Origin: Candidatus Omnitrophota bacterium
Lineage (GTDB): Bacteria; Omnitrophota; Gorgyraeia; Zapsychrales; Fredricksoniimonadaceae
Assembly (NCBI GenBank): GCA_903860135.1
Contig: CAIOPG010000011.1
Span: 320-64,319, forward strand
Length of the DNA stretch: 64,000 nucleotides
Reading direction: 5' to 3'
A program made the position numbers and the translations under genes. Below are positions 1 to 9,590 of the stretch, piece after piece (positions within the stretch are counted from its first letter, which is position 1; each line of letters starts with the position of its first letter). Under the pieces are notes generated by a model. That model ran no database searches. It was given only the letters and a program-made list of their open reading frames with translations, and was not told the DNA's origin.

Positions 1-3000
1 ATCTCTGACATCACAGCAATGTCCTGCCAATTAACACCATTACGTGTTAACACCGTAATATCAAGCCAATTAATACTTGAAGTAGTTAAAAACTGAAGTG
101 CTGACCAATTTATTCCATTGTTTGTCAATGCTGTAACATCTGTCCAATTGATCGCGGATTCTGTTAATGTGTTTAAATTATCCCAATTAACACCGGCTTC
201 TGTTAAGACATTAACATCAGACCAATTGACTCCAGCCAAGGTCAAAACGTTAATGTCTGACCAATTAACACCAGCGATGGTCATACGTGTTATATCGTCC
301 CAATTAAGACCAGCTGTGGTCAAAATATTTAAGTCATTCCAATTAACAGCGAGACTACTCATGCGCGAAATATCAACCCAATTAACACCAGCTCGCGTCA
401 TGGCATTCATGTCAACCCAATTCATACCAGCGGCAGTTAATGCGCCAACATCTAACCAATTAACTCCAGCAAGGCTCAAAACCCCAAAGTCTGACCAATT
501 GACTCCTGCGACAGACATCCTTGTTATATCAGTCCAATTGACACCAGCTAATGTTAGTCTGTTTATATCTAACCAATTAATGCCAGCACCTGAAAAAATA
601 TTTATGTCCGACCAATTAATTCCAGCATGAGAAATGGACTGAATATCATCCCAATTAACACCGGCTTGTGTCAATGTATGAATGTCCGCCCAGTTAATAC
701 CATTCGATGACATCACCGCGATATTCAGCCAATTCACACCTTGCTGTGTCATGACTGTCACATCCGACCAATTGATCGAGGCTTCCGATAATGTTTGAAT
801 GCTATCCCAATTTATTCCTGATAACGTTAATGTGTTTACATCTGACCAATTGATCCCGGCATCAGCTAAAACCTGAACGTCATCCCAATTAACTCCTGCC
901 TGACTCAATACATGCACATCCGACCAATTTAACCCTGCTATTGACATCTCAGCAATATCCTGCCAATTAACACCACGGCTCGACATCACGCCTATATCAG
1001 ACCAATTGAGACCTGATGTAGTTATTACATTGATATCAGACCAATTAACACCAATGTTGCTAAGAACATCGACATCAGACCAATTAACACCAGCGGCTGT
1101 CATCCGGCTGATATCCGACCAATTTACACCTGCATATGTTAATGCATTGATATCATTCCAATTTACGCCGTTCAAACTCAAAGCACCAATATCAGACCAG
1201 TTAATCCCTGCGATGCTCATGCGCGACACATCGTGCCAATTAATGCCTGATGCCGTCATCTCATCTATGCTTTGCCAATTGATGCCCAACGTTGTCATTG
1301 TCTGAATGTTGGCCCAATTCACGCCTACGCGGCTTAAGGCATTTAAATCTACCCAGTTAATACCAGCTTTTGAAAAAATTTGAATATCATTCCAATTCAA
1401 TCCGGTTGTTGACAGTGTTTGCACATCTGACCAATTAACCCCAGCTTTTGTAAGTTCATTAATATCTGACCAGTTAATACCTGCATGTGTCATGCTTTCT
1501 AAATCACTCCAGTTCACACCCCCCCTTGTGAGCGCATTAATATCATTCCAATTAATGCCCAAGGATGATAAACTCTGAACATCACTCCAATTGACACCTG
1601 CGCGTGTCAAAACGTTTATATCGAGCCAATTGATACCCGTGGCCGCTAACACAGCAATATCCTGCCAATTCACCCCATTACGCGACATGATTGTTATGTC
1701 ATTCCAATTAATGCCTGCCTCTGAAAATGTTTGAACACTATCCCAATTAATACCAGATAATGTTAGCGTATTTACATCCGACCAATTGATCCCAGACTTT
1801 GTTAACTCACTCACATCTAACCAATTAACACCTGCTTGAGTTAAAACACTCAGGTCTACCCAATTAATTGCAGAATACGAGATACTGTTGATATTATCCC
1901 AATTCACACCCACTGTCGTTAGAACCTGAATATCAGTCCAATTAACAGCTTGTTTAAATAATTGTTGAAAATCATTCCAATTAATACTTGAAATACTCAG
2001 TTGATTTAAGTCTTGCCAATTGATCCCTGATTGGCTCATAAACATGATATCGGACCAATTTACTCCTGAAACTGTCAAGGTGTTAATATCCGACCAATTA
2101 ACACCGGCCATCGTCAACGCACTAATATCTGTCCAGTTAACACCCACAGCACTCAATGAACCAATATCCATCCAGTTGACACCAGCCACCGTCAATCTAT
2201 TAAGATCAGACCAATTTACACCGGCCTCTGTCAGTCTGTTAACATCAGACCAGTTCACGCCAACCGAACTAAGTAGTCCAATATCAGACCAATTAACCCC
2301 GGAAACACTCAATATTGAAATATCATCCCAGTTAATCCCTGCCGACGATAATACGTCTAGGTTAGACCAGTTAATCCCAGCGATTGTCATGGTTTGAATA
2401 TTGTTCCAATTTACTCCAGATGTACTCATATTGACTATATCTTGCCAATTTACTCCTGCCATGGTCAATGCATTAACATCAGACCAATTAATGCCGGCAA
2501 CTGTTAACCTGTTAATATCATTCCAATTTAAACCACCACGTGTCAACACATTCAAATCAGACCAATTGATCCCGTTATTAGCTAAAACTTGAATATCATC
2601 CCAGTTGATACCAGCTTCAGTCAATGTGTTAATGTCTGTCCAGTTAATGCTTGTCGTTGTAAGCCTAGCTACATCCAACCAATTAATATTATTGTTTGAA
2701 AAAATATTTATATCTGTCCAATTAATACGGGCCGTGGACAAAGCATTAAAATCAACCCAGTTAATGCCAGCCACTGTTAAAGCGTTTAAATTGCTCCAAT
2801 TAACACCGGCGACTGTCATTGAATTTAAATCCAACCAATTAATACCGTTAGCCGTCAATATATTAACATCCGACCAATTGATACCGGCAATCGTTAGTTT
2901 ATTTAAATCAGACCAATTAACGCCAGCTACCGTTAACTGATTCAAATCGGACCAGTTGATTCCATTTCGCGCTAAAGCTGAAATGTCTTGCCAATTAACG

Positions 3001-6000
3001 CCATTGCGCGTCAACGCTGTTAAATCAGCCCAATTAACACCGCTTTCAGACAAAGTCTGAATATCACTCCAATTAATACCATCATTGGATAATACTTGAA
3101 TATCAGACCAATTTACCCCTGCATGCGTTAAAGACCCAACATCGAGCCAATTAACACCCGCCGTTGTGAAGACATTAATATCCGACCAGTTAACGCCAGC
3201 CATAGTCATGCGTGTAATGTCAGACCAATTAACACCCGATTGACTTAGGGCACCGACATCCAGCCAATTAACACCCGCCGCGGTTAATGTTGTCAAATTA
3301 TTCCAGTTAATACCGGTAACCGTCATGCTTTGAAGGTCTGACCAATTAATCCCTAAGCCATGCATGGCCTGGATATCCTGCCAATTGATCGCTTTTGTTG
3401 TCACCGACATGACGTCAAACCAGTTAACCCCAGCTGTGGTCAATACACTTAAATCAGACCAATTAACTCCGGCATCGCTGAGAGATTGTATGTCGTTCCA
3501 GTTCACACCCGCCAGCGTCAATTTGTTGACATCATTCCAATTAATACCGGCTGATGTTAACGTCGTGATGTTAGACCAGTTAACTCCTGATGTACTCATT
3601 CTGTTCAAATCAGTCCAGTTAACACCTACTTGCGTTATAGCACTCAGATCACTCCAGTTAACACCTGCTTCAGAAAGAGCTTGAATATTATCCCAATTAA
3701 CAGCTGATAAAGTTAAGGACGATATGTCTGACCAATTAATATTTTTAGTTGTTAATTGGTTCAAATCAGACCAGTTAATTCCTGAAAGGCTTAACACTCC
3801 TAGGTCGGACCAGTTAACACCTGTACGCGTGATCGAATTGATGTCTTCCCAATTAATACCGGCTTCACTTAAATCGGTTAAATTTTCCCAATTAACACCC
3901 GCTCTAGTTAAGGTGTTAATATCCGACCAATTAATTCCGGCATCACTAACAAGGGCAAGGTCTGTCCAATTCATTCCCGCCAAAGATAACGCACTAATGT
4001 CAGACCAATTTACACCTGCAGTAGTTAAATAATTTAAGTTAGACCAGTTTAAACCTGCCTTAGACATTGCCCCAATATCCAGCCAGTTAACGCCCGCATT
4101 AGTCAAATTGTTAATGTCATTCCAATTAATCCCTACTCTTGTTAGCACGACAGCATCTGACCAATTGATACCTGCTGACGAAATAGATTGAATATCATCC
4201 CAATTAATACCTATATTTGCTAAAGCTGAAATGTCGGTCCAGTTAATACCACGTTGGGTCATAACATTAATATCATTCCAGTTCACCCCTGCGGCAGCCA
4301 GAGCACCGACCCCGGACCAATTAACACCGCTGAGAGTCATTGTGGCTACATCATTCCAATTGATCCCTTTTTGTGAAAAAAGCTGAAGGTCACTCCAGTT
4401 CACTGCGGCATGTGTAAGTGCCGTAACATCATTCCAATTAATACCTCGATTCAAAAGGACATTCAGATCATCCCAATTAATGCCTTCGTTTGATAATGTC
4501 TGAATATCATTCCAGTTTACGCCGGCAACAGACATTGTTTGCAGATCATTCCAATTGACACCGGCAATAGATAAGGTTCCTATATCTGACCAGTTTACGC
4601 CAGCAATACTTAAATTGGCAACATCAGCCCAATTAAGACCACTGCGGCTCAATGTATTGATATCATTCCAGTTAATACCTTTTGTTGAAAAAACAGCTAG
4701 GTCATTCCAATTTATCCCTGCTAACGCCATGACCGACACATCAGTCCAATTCAATCCCGTCTTTGATAATGTTTCAATATCCAGCCAGTTTATGCCCCTT
4801 GTTGAAAGAGACTGAATGTCGCTCCAGTTAACACCACGCGTAGAAAGAAGTTCTATGTCATCCCAATTAATACCCTTGGCTGTAATATTGGCTATGTCGT
4901 TCCAATTGATCCCAGCCCCACTGAATGAACCAATATCTATCCAATTAATTCCGTTCAATGAGAGAACCTGGATATCATCCCAATTTACACCAGCAGTTGA
5001 TAATACCTGTAAATTAGACCAATTAATCGACGCTGAGGTAACAGCGGTTATGTCGCCCCAATTGATCCCTGTTAATGACATCTGCTGAATATCTGCCCAA
5101 TTAACGCCTTGCGTTGACAAGCGGTTAATATCCTGCCAGTTAATGGCGGAGCGTGTGAGCGTTTGAACATCGGTCCAGTTAATGCCTATACGCGCCATTG
5201 TTTCAATATCGAACCAGTTAACTCCGGCGGTCGTTAAATCTTGAATATCTGTCCAGTTGATCCCAGCCGTAGTCAATGTTTCAATATTAGACCAGTTAAC
5301 ACCAGTTACACTCAATACACCAATATCGATCCAGTTAACACCAGCCGTTGACCATACCCCAATATCAGACCAGTTAATACCACCGGAAGAAAGAGCATTA
5401 ACATCACTCCAGTTAACACCAGCTCCGGCCATTCTGCTGATGTCGGCCCAATTAATGCCGATGGTGCTCATGTTTTCAATATTAGCCCAGTTTACACCGG
5501 CTATACCCAAACTTGAAATATCCAGCCAATTGACACCAGCTTCTGAGAGAGCAACAATATCAGCCCAATTAACACCAGCCGTTGAAAAACGTCCGATATC
5601 ATTCCAGTTAATGCCATTCTCAGATAAAACTTGTATATCGTGCCAATTGATCCCTCGGATACTTAAAATGTTAATATCTGACCAGTTGACGCCAGCGGCA
5701 CTCATATGGCTAATATCTGCCCAATTCACTCCTGACAAAGATAAGCTTGACACATCCGCCCAATTAACACCCTTAATAGAAAGGTTTTGCATTTCATCCC
5801 AGTTAATACCAACATTTGAAAAATGCGCAATATCCAGCCAGTTTACGCCTCGCGAAGCCAATATTCCAATATCAACCCAATTAACGCCAGTTAAAGATAA
5901 GGACTGGACGTCATCCCAGTTAATGCCGCGTAGGGTCAATGATTGCAGATCATTCCAATTAACGCCCGTCATGGTTAAACGAGCAAAATCATCCCAATTG

Positions 6001-8590
6001 ATATTTCCTGTTGATAAACGACCAATATCGCTCCAATTAATATTCGCATGCGCCAAAACAGCAACATCTTCCCAATTGATACCTTTTTGAGAAAAAGATT
6101 GGATTTCAGACCAATTAACACCTGCTGTTGACAACGAACTCACACTATTCCAATTTATACCTTTTACAGTCATCGAAACGACATCATTCCAATTAACTCC
6201 GGAAAGCGTAAGCGCATTAACATCTGCCCAGTTTACACCCGCCGCTGAAAGTGCCTGTATATCATTCCAGTTGATACCTGCCCTTGAGAACACACCAATA
6301 TCCTGCCAATTCACACCAGCAGCAGAAAGAGTGGCTATATCATGCCAATTGATCCCAATTTCAGAAAAAAGTGCTAGATCTCCCCAATTAATACCATTGG
6401 TAGTCATCTGACCAATATCAGACCAGTTAATACCATTACTAGACATCGTGGATATATTATCCCAGTTAACGCCGGCGACGCCCATTCGCGTAAGATCGTC
6501 CCAATTGATCGCGCGTGTTGATAACACCAAAATGTCATTCCAGTTAATACCTGTATTTGATAATATATTTATATCATTCCAATTTACTGAAGCTTGACTC
6601 ATGCGCTGAATATCTTCCCAATTAACCCCGGCAGTTGACAACACCTGAATATCAGACCAGTTAATAGTTCCAACAGAAATCGCCTGAATATTTTCCCAAT
6701 TAATTCCAACCGTAGTCAGCGCATTAAAATCATCCCAGTTAATTCCAGCCTGACCCAACACAGCCATGTCTGACCAGTTAATTGCCGCTAAAGATATTTC
6801 CTGAACATCCGACCAATTAATACCGCGAGCGGTCATTTGTCCAATATCTAGCCAATTCACGCCGGCAATAGATAAAATAGAAATGTCATTCCAATTTACG
6901 CCAATTCGGGAAAATGATTGTATGTCAGACCAGTTAACCCCAGCCATTGATAATGACTGGATAGCATTCCAATTAACCGCCGTGTTGGACATGGCCTGAA
7001 TATCTTGCCAGTTAATACCACTGCGGGCTATAACGCCGATATCTTGCCAGTTAATTCCAGCCACAGTTAAGGCGTTAATATTGCTCCAGTTCACCCCTGC
7101 GGTTGTCAATACTTCAACATCTACCCAGTTTAGTCCTGAGGCCGACATGCTTTGCATATCGGACCAATTGATCCCCGCCTCTGCCAGCACTTGTAAATCC
7201 GACCAATTAACACCCACCGCGGACATCGAAGAAAAATCAGACCAATTAATACCTGCACGGGTTAAGGATTGAATATCCTCCCAGTTAACTCCGGTCGCAG
7301 ACAAAACATCAATATCCGACCAGTTAACACCCGCAAGGGAAAGATCCGCTATGTCTGACCAGTTAACCCCGGCAATACTTAAAGCCTGTATATCCTGCCA
7401 GTTTACCCCAGAATAAGAAAGCGCGTGAATATCATCCCAGTTAATGCCGATCTTCGCCATGGCACTTAGATCAGACCAGTTAACACCAGCTGTTGATAAA
7501 GCAGCGATATCATTCCAATTGATCTGTGCTTGTGAAATTGTGTCAATATCTGACCAATTAATTCCCGCTTTTGATAAAGATTGAACATCACTCCAATTAA
7601 CACCTGCCGCCGAGAGTGTCCCGATATCATTCCAATTGATTCCCGCTCTCGTCATCGCTTGAACGTCATTCCAGTTCAACCCTGCCCGGCTTAAGGCATC
7701 AATATCCTGCCAATTAATTCCTTTTGTAGTTAATGACTGAAGATCATTCCAGTTCACACCACTGCTGCTCATGCGCGCAATGTCATTCCAATTTATTCCG
7801 GCAACAGTCAACGAATTTAAATTATTCCAATTAATGCCTGCCCGTGTTAGCACATCAATATCATACCAATTCAATCCCCGTTCTGACATGACCGTCAGAT
7901 CATCCCAATTAATATTCGCCGTTGTGAGCTCCGCTAAATTGTCCCAATTAACCCGATCAGGCCAATTAACACCAGCACCAGTCATAATGGCAAAATCCTG
8001 CCAATTTATGCCGGCAACTGATAAGGCATTTAAATCATTCCAGTTAATGCCACTATTGGCTAAGGCCGCAATATCTTGCCAGTTAATACCAACCGTCGTC
8101 AATCTGGCAATATCCTGCCAATTCACAGCAGCTTCAGAAAAAGCACCAATATCATGCCAATTAATACCGATACCAGACATAATTTGAATATCTTGCCAGT
8201 TTATGCCTTGGCGCGTCATGGCATAAAGATCATCCCAATTGATGCCTGCCGCACTCATCGTACTGACATCGGCCCATTTAATCCCGGCTTCTGTTAATGC
8301 CTTGGCATCAGCCCAATTAACAGTCCCCATCTGATCTGTTACTGTCTTTATGGCCACGACATCCGAACGCAAAACACCTAAATATTCCCAGTTCACATCT
8401 GCCGCTGCCATCCTGGCCACATCATCCCAGTTAATAGCCGACTTGCTCATTTGGCCTAGGTTATCCCAATTGACTTTGTCCAAACTTGCTTTCATGGCAT
8501 TAATATTATCCCAATTCATGCCTGACGTGTTCATCGCTGTAATTTCAAGAGGAGAGTAGGCGTCATAATGCGTTCCGCTCCAATTAATAC
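1..8590 (-). repeat. Coding tandem repeat, 39-nt (13-aa) unit, consensus G[IV]NWxD[IV]xx[LM][ST]xA
   Basis: The 'cca(a/g)tt' core recurs every 39 nt from 27 to 7944 (7917/39 = 203 intervals, spot-checked). An 18-nt short unit lies at 7944-7962, then 10 regular units at 7962-8313 and a few degenerate units up to about 8580. Confidence 0.97.
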
Positions 8591-9440
8591 CGAATGAAAT
8601 AAAATATGAATCCGTCTTGCTGCTGGGGGTCCAGGCATCAGCACTCACCGTACCGCTGTCGTACGCACACCAGTCATTGGCATCACTGACCTTCGGATCC
8701 CAAGTCTTTTCCGTCGTTAAGCCACCAGTGCCATTCGATTTAAAAATCGTATGTGTCAAACACTCGGCATTGACGTCTGTTATGTCCTGGCGCTTGCCAT
8801 CCATTTCGATCCAGCTGTAAACAAAATAGGCACCGGCACCAGAAGCGGCACTGCCATCCCATATAGCCGCAAACTTTGCTCCTGTACCAGCAAAAACGTC
8901 AAATGCCATTGATACAGCTGAAGTAAGCCCTTCGGCTGTAGCGACCAGCGTGTACATATTGCCTGGACGGGTGATCGACGTGTTTTTAAAAGTCGCGATC
9001 CCATTAACAACCATCATACTTGTTGTTCCCGTCAACATCCCCGCACCGGGATTGTTTTGAATAGCAAGAGTAATTAGGGTTGTATTGTTGCCAGCGACGA
9101 CATTGTTATTGGCATCAAGAACGGCCACCACCGGCTGGCGTTCAAAAACATTGTCGTGCTTGGCACTCGAAGGGATGACAAGAAAAGCAAGATGTGTCGC
9201 ATCGCCATAGGCTAAAGAACCATTGGCACCTGAACTGGCACTGGTAGTTCCGGTCTGCCCACCACCTGTAAATATATCTGTACCTATGGTAGCCGTTGCA
9301 TTACCGTTTTCTGAACCACCTGAAAACTGTGCAAAAGCCAAAGGCATTACGAAAATATTAATTATAAGAAAAATAACTAATATAGCGTCGTATGCCCGCA
9401 TGGTTTGAATTGTATTTTTTGATTTTTTAAATATTATCAT
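1..9440 (-). CDS. Giant secreted tandem-repeat surface protein (partial, >=3146 aa, 3' end outside window): signal peptide, Ig-like domain, about 215-220 x 13-aa GINWxD repeats
   Basis: ATG at 9440 has an in-frame TAA at 9446-9444 just upstream; an alternative ATG lies at 9401. Manual translation gives MIIFKKSKNTIQTMRAYDAILVIFLIINIFVMPLAFA/QFSGGSENG... (AFA signal-peptidase motif). An Ig-like segment follows (ATHLAFLVIPSS...QPVVAVLDANNNVV...VNGIATFKNTSITRPGNMYTLVATAEGLTSAVSMAFDV), then repeats such as GVNWSDVNVLTEA. The Trp codons checked (cca on + at 27, 807, 1977, 3927, 5877, 7047, 7944, 8313) are all in frame with 9440. The ORF track shows no closed ORF in this frame, consistent with no internal stop. 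Confidence 0.93.
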   Translation of the reverse strand, partial: MIIFKKSKNTIQTMRAYDAILVIFLIINIFVMPLAFAQFSGGSENGNATATIGTDIFTGGGQTGTTSASSGANGSLAYGDATHLAFLVIPSSAKHDNVFERQPVVAVLDANNNVVAGNNTTLITLAIQNNPGAGMLTGTTSMMVVNGIATFKNTSITRPGNMYTLVATAEGLTSAVSMAFDVFAGTGAKFAAIWDGSAASGAGAYFVYSWIEMDGKRQDITDVNAECLTHTIFKSNGTGGLTTEKTWDPKVSDANDWCAYDSGTVSADAWTPSSKTDSYFISFGINWSGTHYDAYSPLEITAMNTSGMNWDNINAMKASLDKVNWDNLGQMSKSAINWDDVARMAAADVNWEYLGVLRSDVVAIKTVTDQMGTVNWADAKALTEAGIKWADVSTMSAAGINWDDLYAMTRQGINWQDIQIMSGIGINWHDIGAFSEAAVNWQDIARLTTVGINWQDIAALANSGINWNDLNALSVAGINWQDFAIMTGAGVNWPDRVNWDNLAELTTANINWDDLTVMSERGLNWYDIDVLTRAGINWNNLNSLTVAGINWNDIARMSSSGVNWNDLQSLTTKGINWQDIDALSRAGLNWNDVQAMTRAGINWNDIGTLSAAGVNWSDVQSLSKAGINWSDIDTISQAQINWNDIAALSTAGVNWSDLSAMAKIGINWDDIHALSYSGVNWQDIQALSIAGVNWSDIADLSLAGVNWSDIDVLSATGVNWEDIQSLTRAGINWSDFSSMSAVGVNWSDLQVLAEAGINWSDMQSMSASGLNWVDVEVLTTAGVNWSNINALTVAGINWQDIGVIARSGINWQDIQAMSNTAVNWNAIQSLSMAGVNWSDIQSFSRIGVNWNDISILSIAGVNWLDIGQMTARGINWSDVQEISLAAINWSDMAVLGQAGINWDDFNALTTVGINWENIQAISVGTINWSDIQVLSTAGVNWEDIQRMSQASVNWNDINILSNTGINWNDILVLSTRAINWDDLTRMGVAGVNWDNISTMSSNGINWSDIGQMTTNGINWGDLALFSEIGINWHDIATLSAAGVNWQDIGVFSRAGINWNDIQALSAAGVNWADVNALTLSGVNWNDVVSMTVKGINWNSVSSLSTAGVNWSEIQSFSQKGINWEDVAVLAHANINWSDIGRLSTGNINWDDFARLTMTGVNWNDLQSLTLRGINWDDVQSLSLTGVNWVDIGILASRGVNWLDIAHFSNVGINWDEMQNLSIKGVNWADVSSLSLSGVNWADISHMSAAGVNWSDINILSIRGINWHDIQVLSENGINWNDIGRFSTAGVNWADIVALSEAGVNWLDISSLGIAGVNWANIENMSTIGINWADISRMAGAGVNWSDVNALSSGGINWSDIGVWSTAGVNWIDIGVLSVTGVNWSNIETLTTAGINWTDIQDLTTAGVNWFDIETMARIGINWTDVQTLTRSAINWQDINRLSTQGVNWADIQQMSLTGINWGDITAVTSASINWSNLQVLSTAGVNWDDIQVLSLNGINWIDIGSFSGAGINWNDIANITAKGINWDDIELLSTRGVNWSDIQSLSTRGINWLDIETLSKTGLNWTDVSVMALAGINWNDLAVFSTKGINWNDINTLSRSGLNWADVANLSIAGVNWSDIGTLSIAGVNWNDLQTMSVAGVNWNDIQTLSNEGINWDDLNVLLNRGINWNDVTALTHAAVNWSDLQLFSQKGINWNDVATMTLSGVNWSGVGALAAAGVNWNDINVMTQRGINWTDISALANIGINWDDIQSISSAGINWSDAVVLTRVGINWNDINNLTNAGVNWLDIGAMSKAGLNWSNLNYLTTAGVNWSDISALSLAGMNWTDLALVSDAGINWSDINTLTRAGVNWENLTDLSEAGINWEDINSITRTGVNWSDLGVLSLSGINWSDLNQLTTKNINWSDISSLTLSAVNWDNIQALSEAGVNWSDLSAITQVGVNWTDLNRMSTSGVNWSNITTLTSAGINWNDVNKLTLAGVNWNDIQSLSDAGVNWSDLSVLTTAGVNWFDVMSVTTKAINWQDIQAMHGLGINWSDLQSMTVTGINWNNLTTLTAAGVNWLDVGALSQSGVNWSDITRMTMAGVNWSDINVFTTAGVNWLDVGSLTHAGVNWSDIQVLSNDGINWSDIQTLSESGVNWADLTALTRNGVNWQDISALARNGINWSDLNQLTVAGVNWSDLNKLTIAGINWSDVNILTANGINWLDLNSMTVAGVNWSNLNALTVAGINWVDFNALSTARINWTDINIFSNNNINWLDVARLTTTSINWTDINTLTEAGINWDDIQVLANNGINWSDLNVLTRGGLNWNDINRLTVAGINWSDVNALTMAGVNWQDIVNMSTSGVNWNNIQTMTIAGINWSNLDVLSSAGINWDDISILSVSGVNWSDIGLLSSVGVNWSDVNRLTEAGVNWSDLNRLTVAGVNWMDIGSLSAVGVNWTDISALTMAGVNWSDINTLTVSGVNWSDIMFMSQSGINWQDLNQLSISSINWNDFQQLFKQAVNWTDIQVLTTVGVNWDNINSISYSAINWVDLSVLTQAGVNWLDVSELTKSGINWSDVNTLTLSGINWDSVQTFSEAGINWNDITIMSRNGVNWQDIAVLAATGINWLDINVLTRAGVNWSDVQSLSSLGINWNDINALTRGGVNWSDLESMTHAGINWSDINELTKAGVNWSDVQTLSTTGLNWNDIQIFSKAGINWVDLNALSRVGVNWANIQTMTTLGINWQSIDEMTASGINWHDVSRMSIAGINWSDIGALSLNGVNWNDINALTYAGVNWSDISRMTAAGVNWSDVDVLSNIGVNWSDINVITTSGLNWSDIGVMSSRGVNWQDIAEMSIAGLNWSDVHVLSQAGVNWDDVQVLADAGINWSDVNTLTLSGINWDSIQTLSEASINWSDVTVMTQQGVNWLNIAVMSSNGINWADIHTLTQAGVNWDDIQSISHAGINWSDINIFSGAGINWLDINRLTLAGVNWTDITRMSVAGVNWSDFGVLSLAGVNWLDVGALTAAGMNWVDMNAMTRAGVNWVDISRMSSLAVNWNDLNILTTAGLNWDDITRMTIAGVNWSDINVLTLAGVNWSDVNVLTEAGVNWDNLNTLTESAINWTDVTALTNNGINWSALQFLTTSSINWLDITVLTRNGVNWQDIAVMSE

Positions 9441-9590
9441 TAATTAAAATCATTATAAAACGGTGGTTTTTAATGTGTCTATTATGTTTAATATCATTAA
9501 ATACTTCAATAAAATTCTAAGAATCTTTTAAGAAATTATTTTTTCTTTCGGTAAGAAAGAATTAAGCATATCCTCGTCGAGGAACATGGT

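Noticed and set aside
1-8590. Regular 39-nt periodicity as a possible CRISPR array
   Set aside because: The conserved core is short and varies at third codon positions, the period is a multiple of 3 within an open frame, and no cas genes are present.
118-8820. Many plus-strand ORFs with 'SDQLTPA' repeats
   Set aside because: They are antisense shadows of the minus-strand GINW-repeat gene. They are broken by stops and lack RBS or signal peptides, whereas the minus frame is open.
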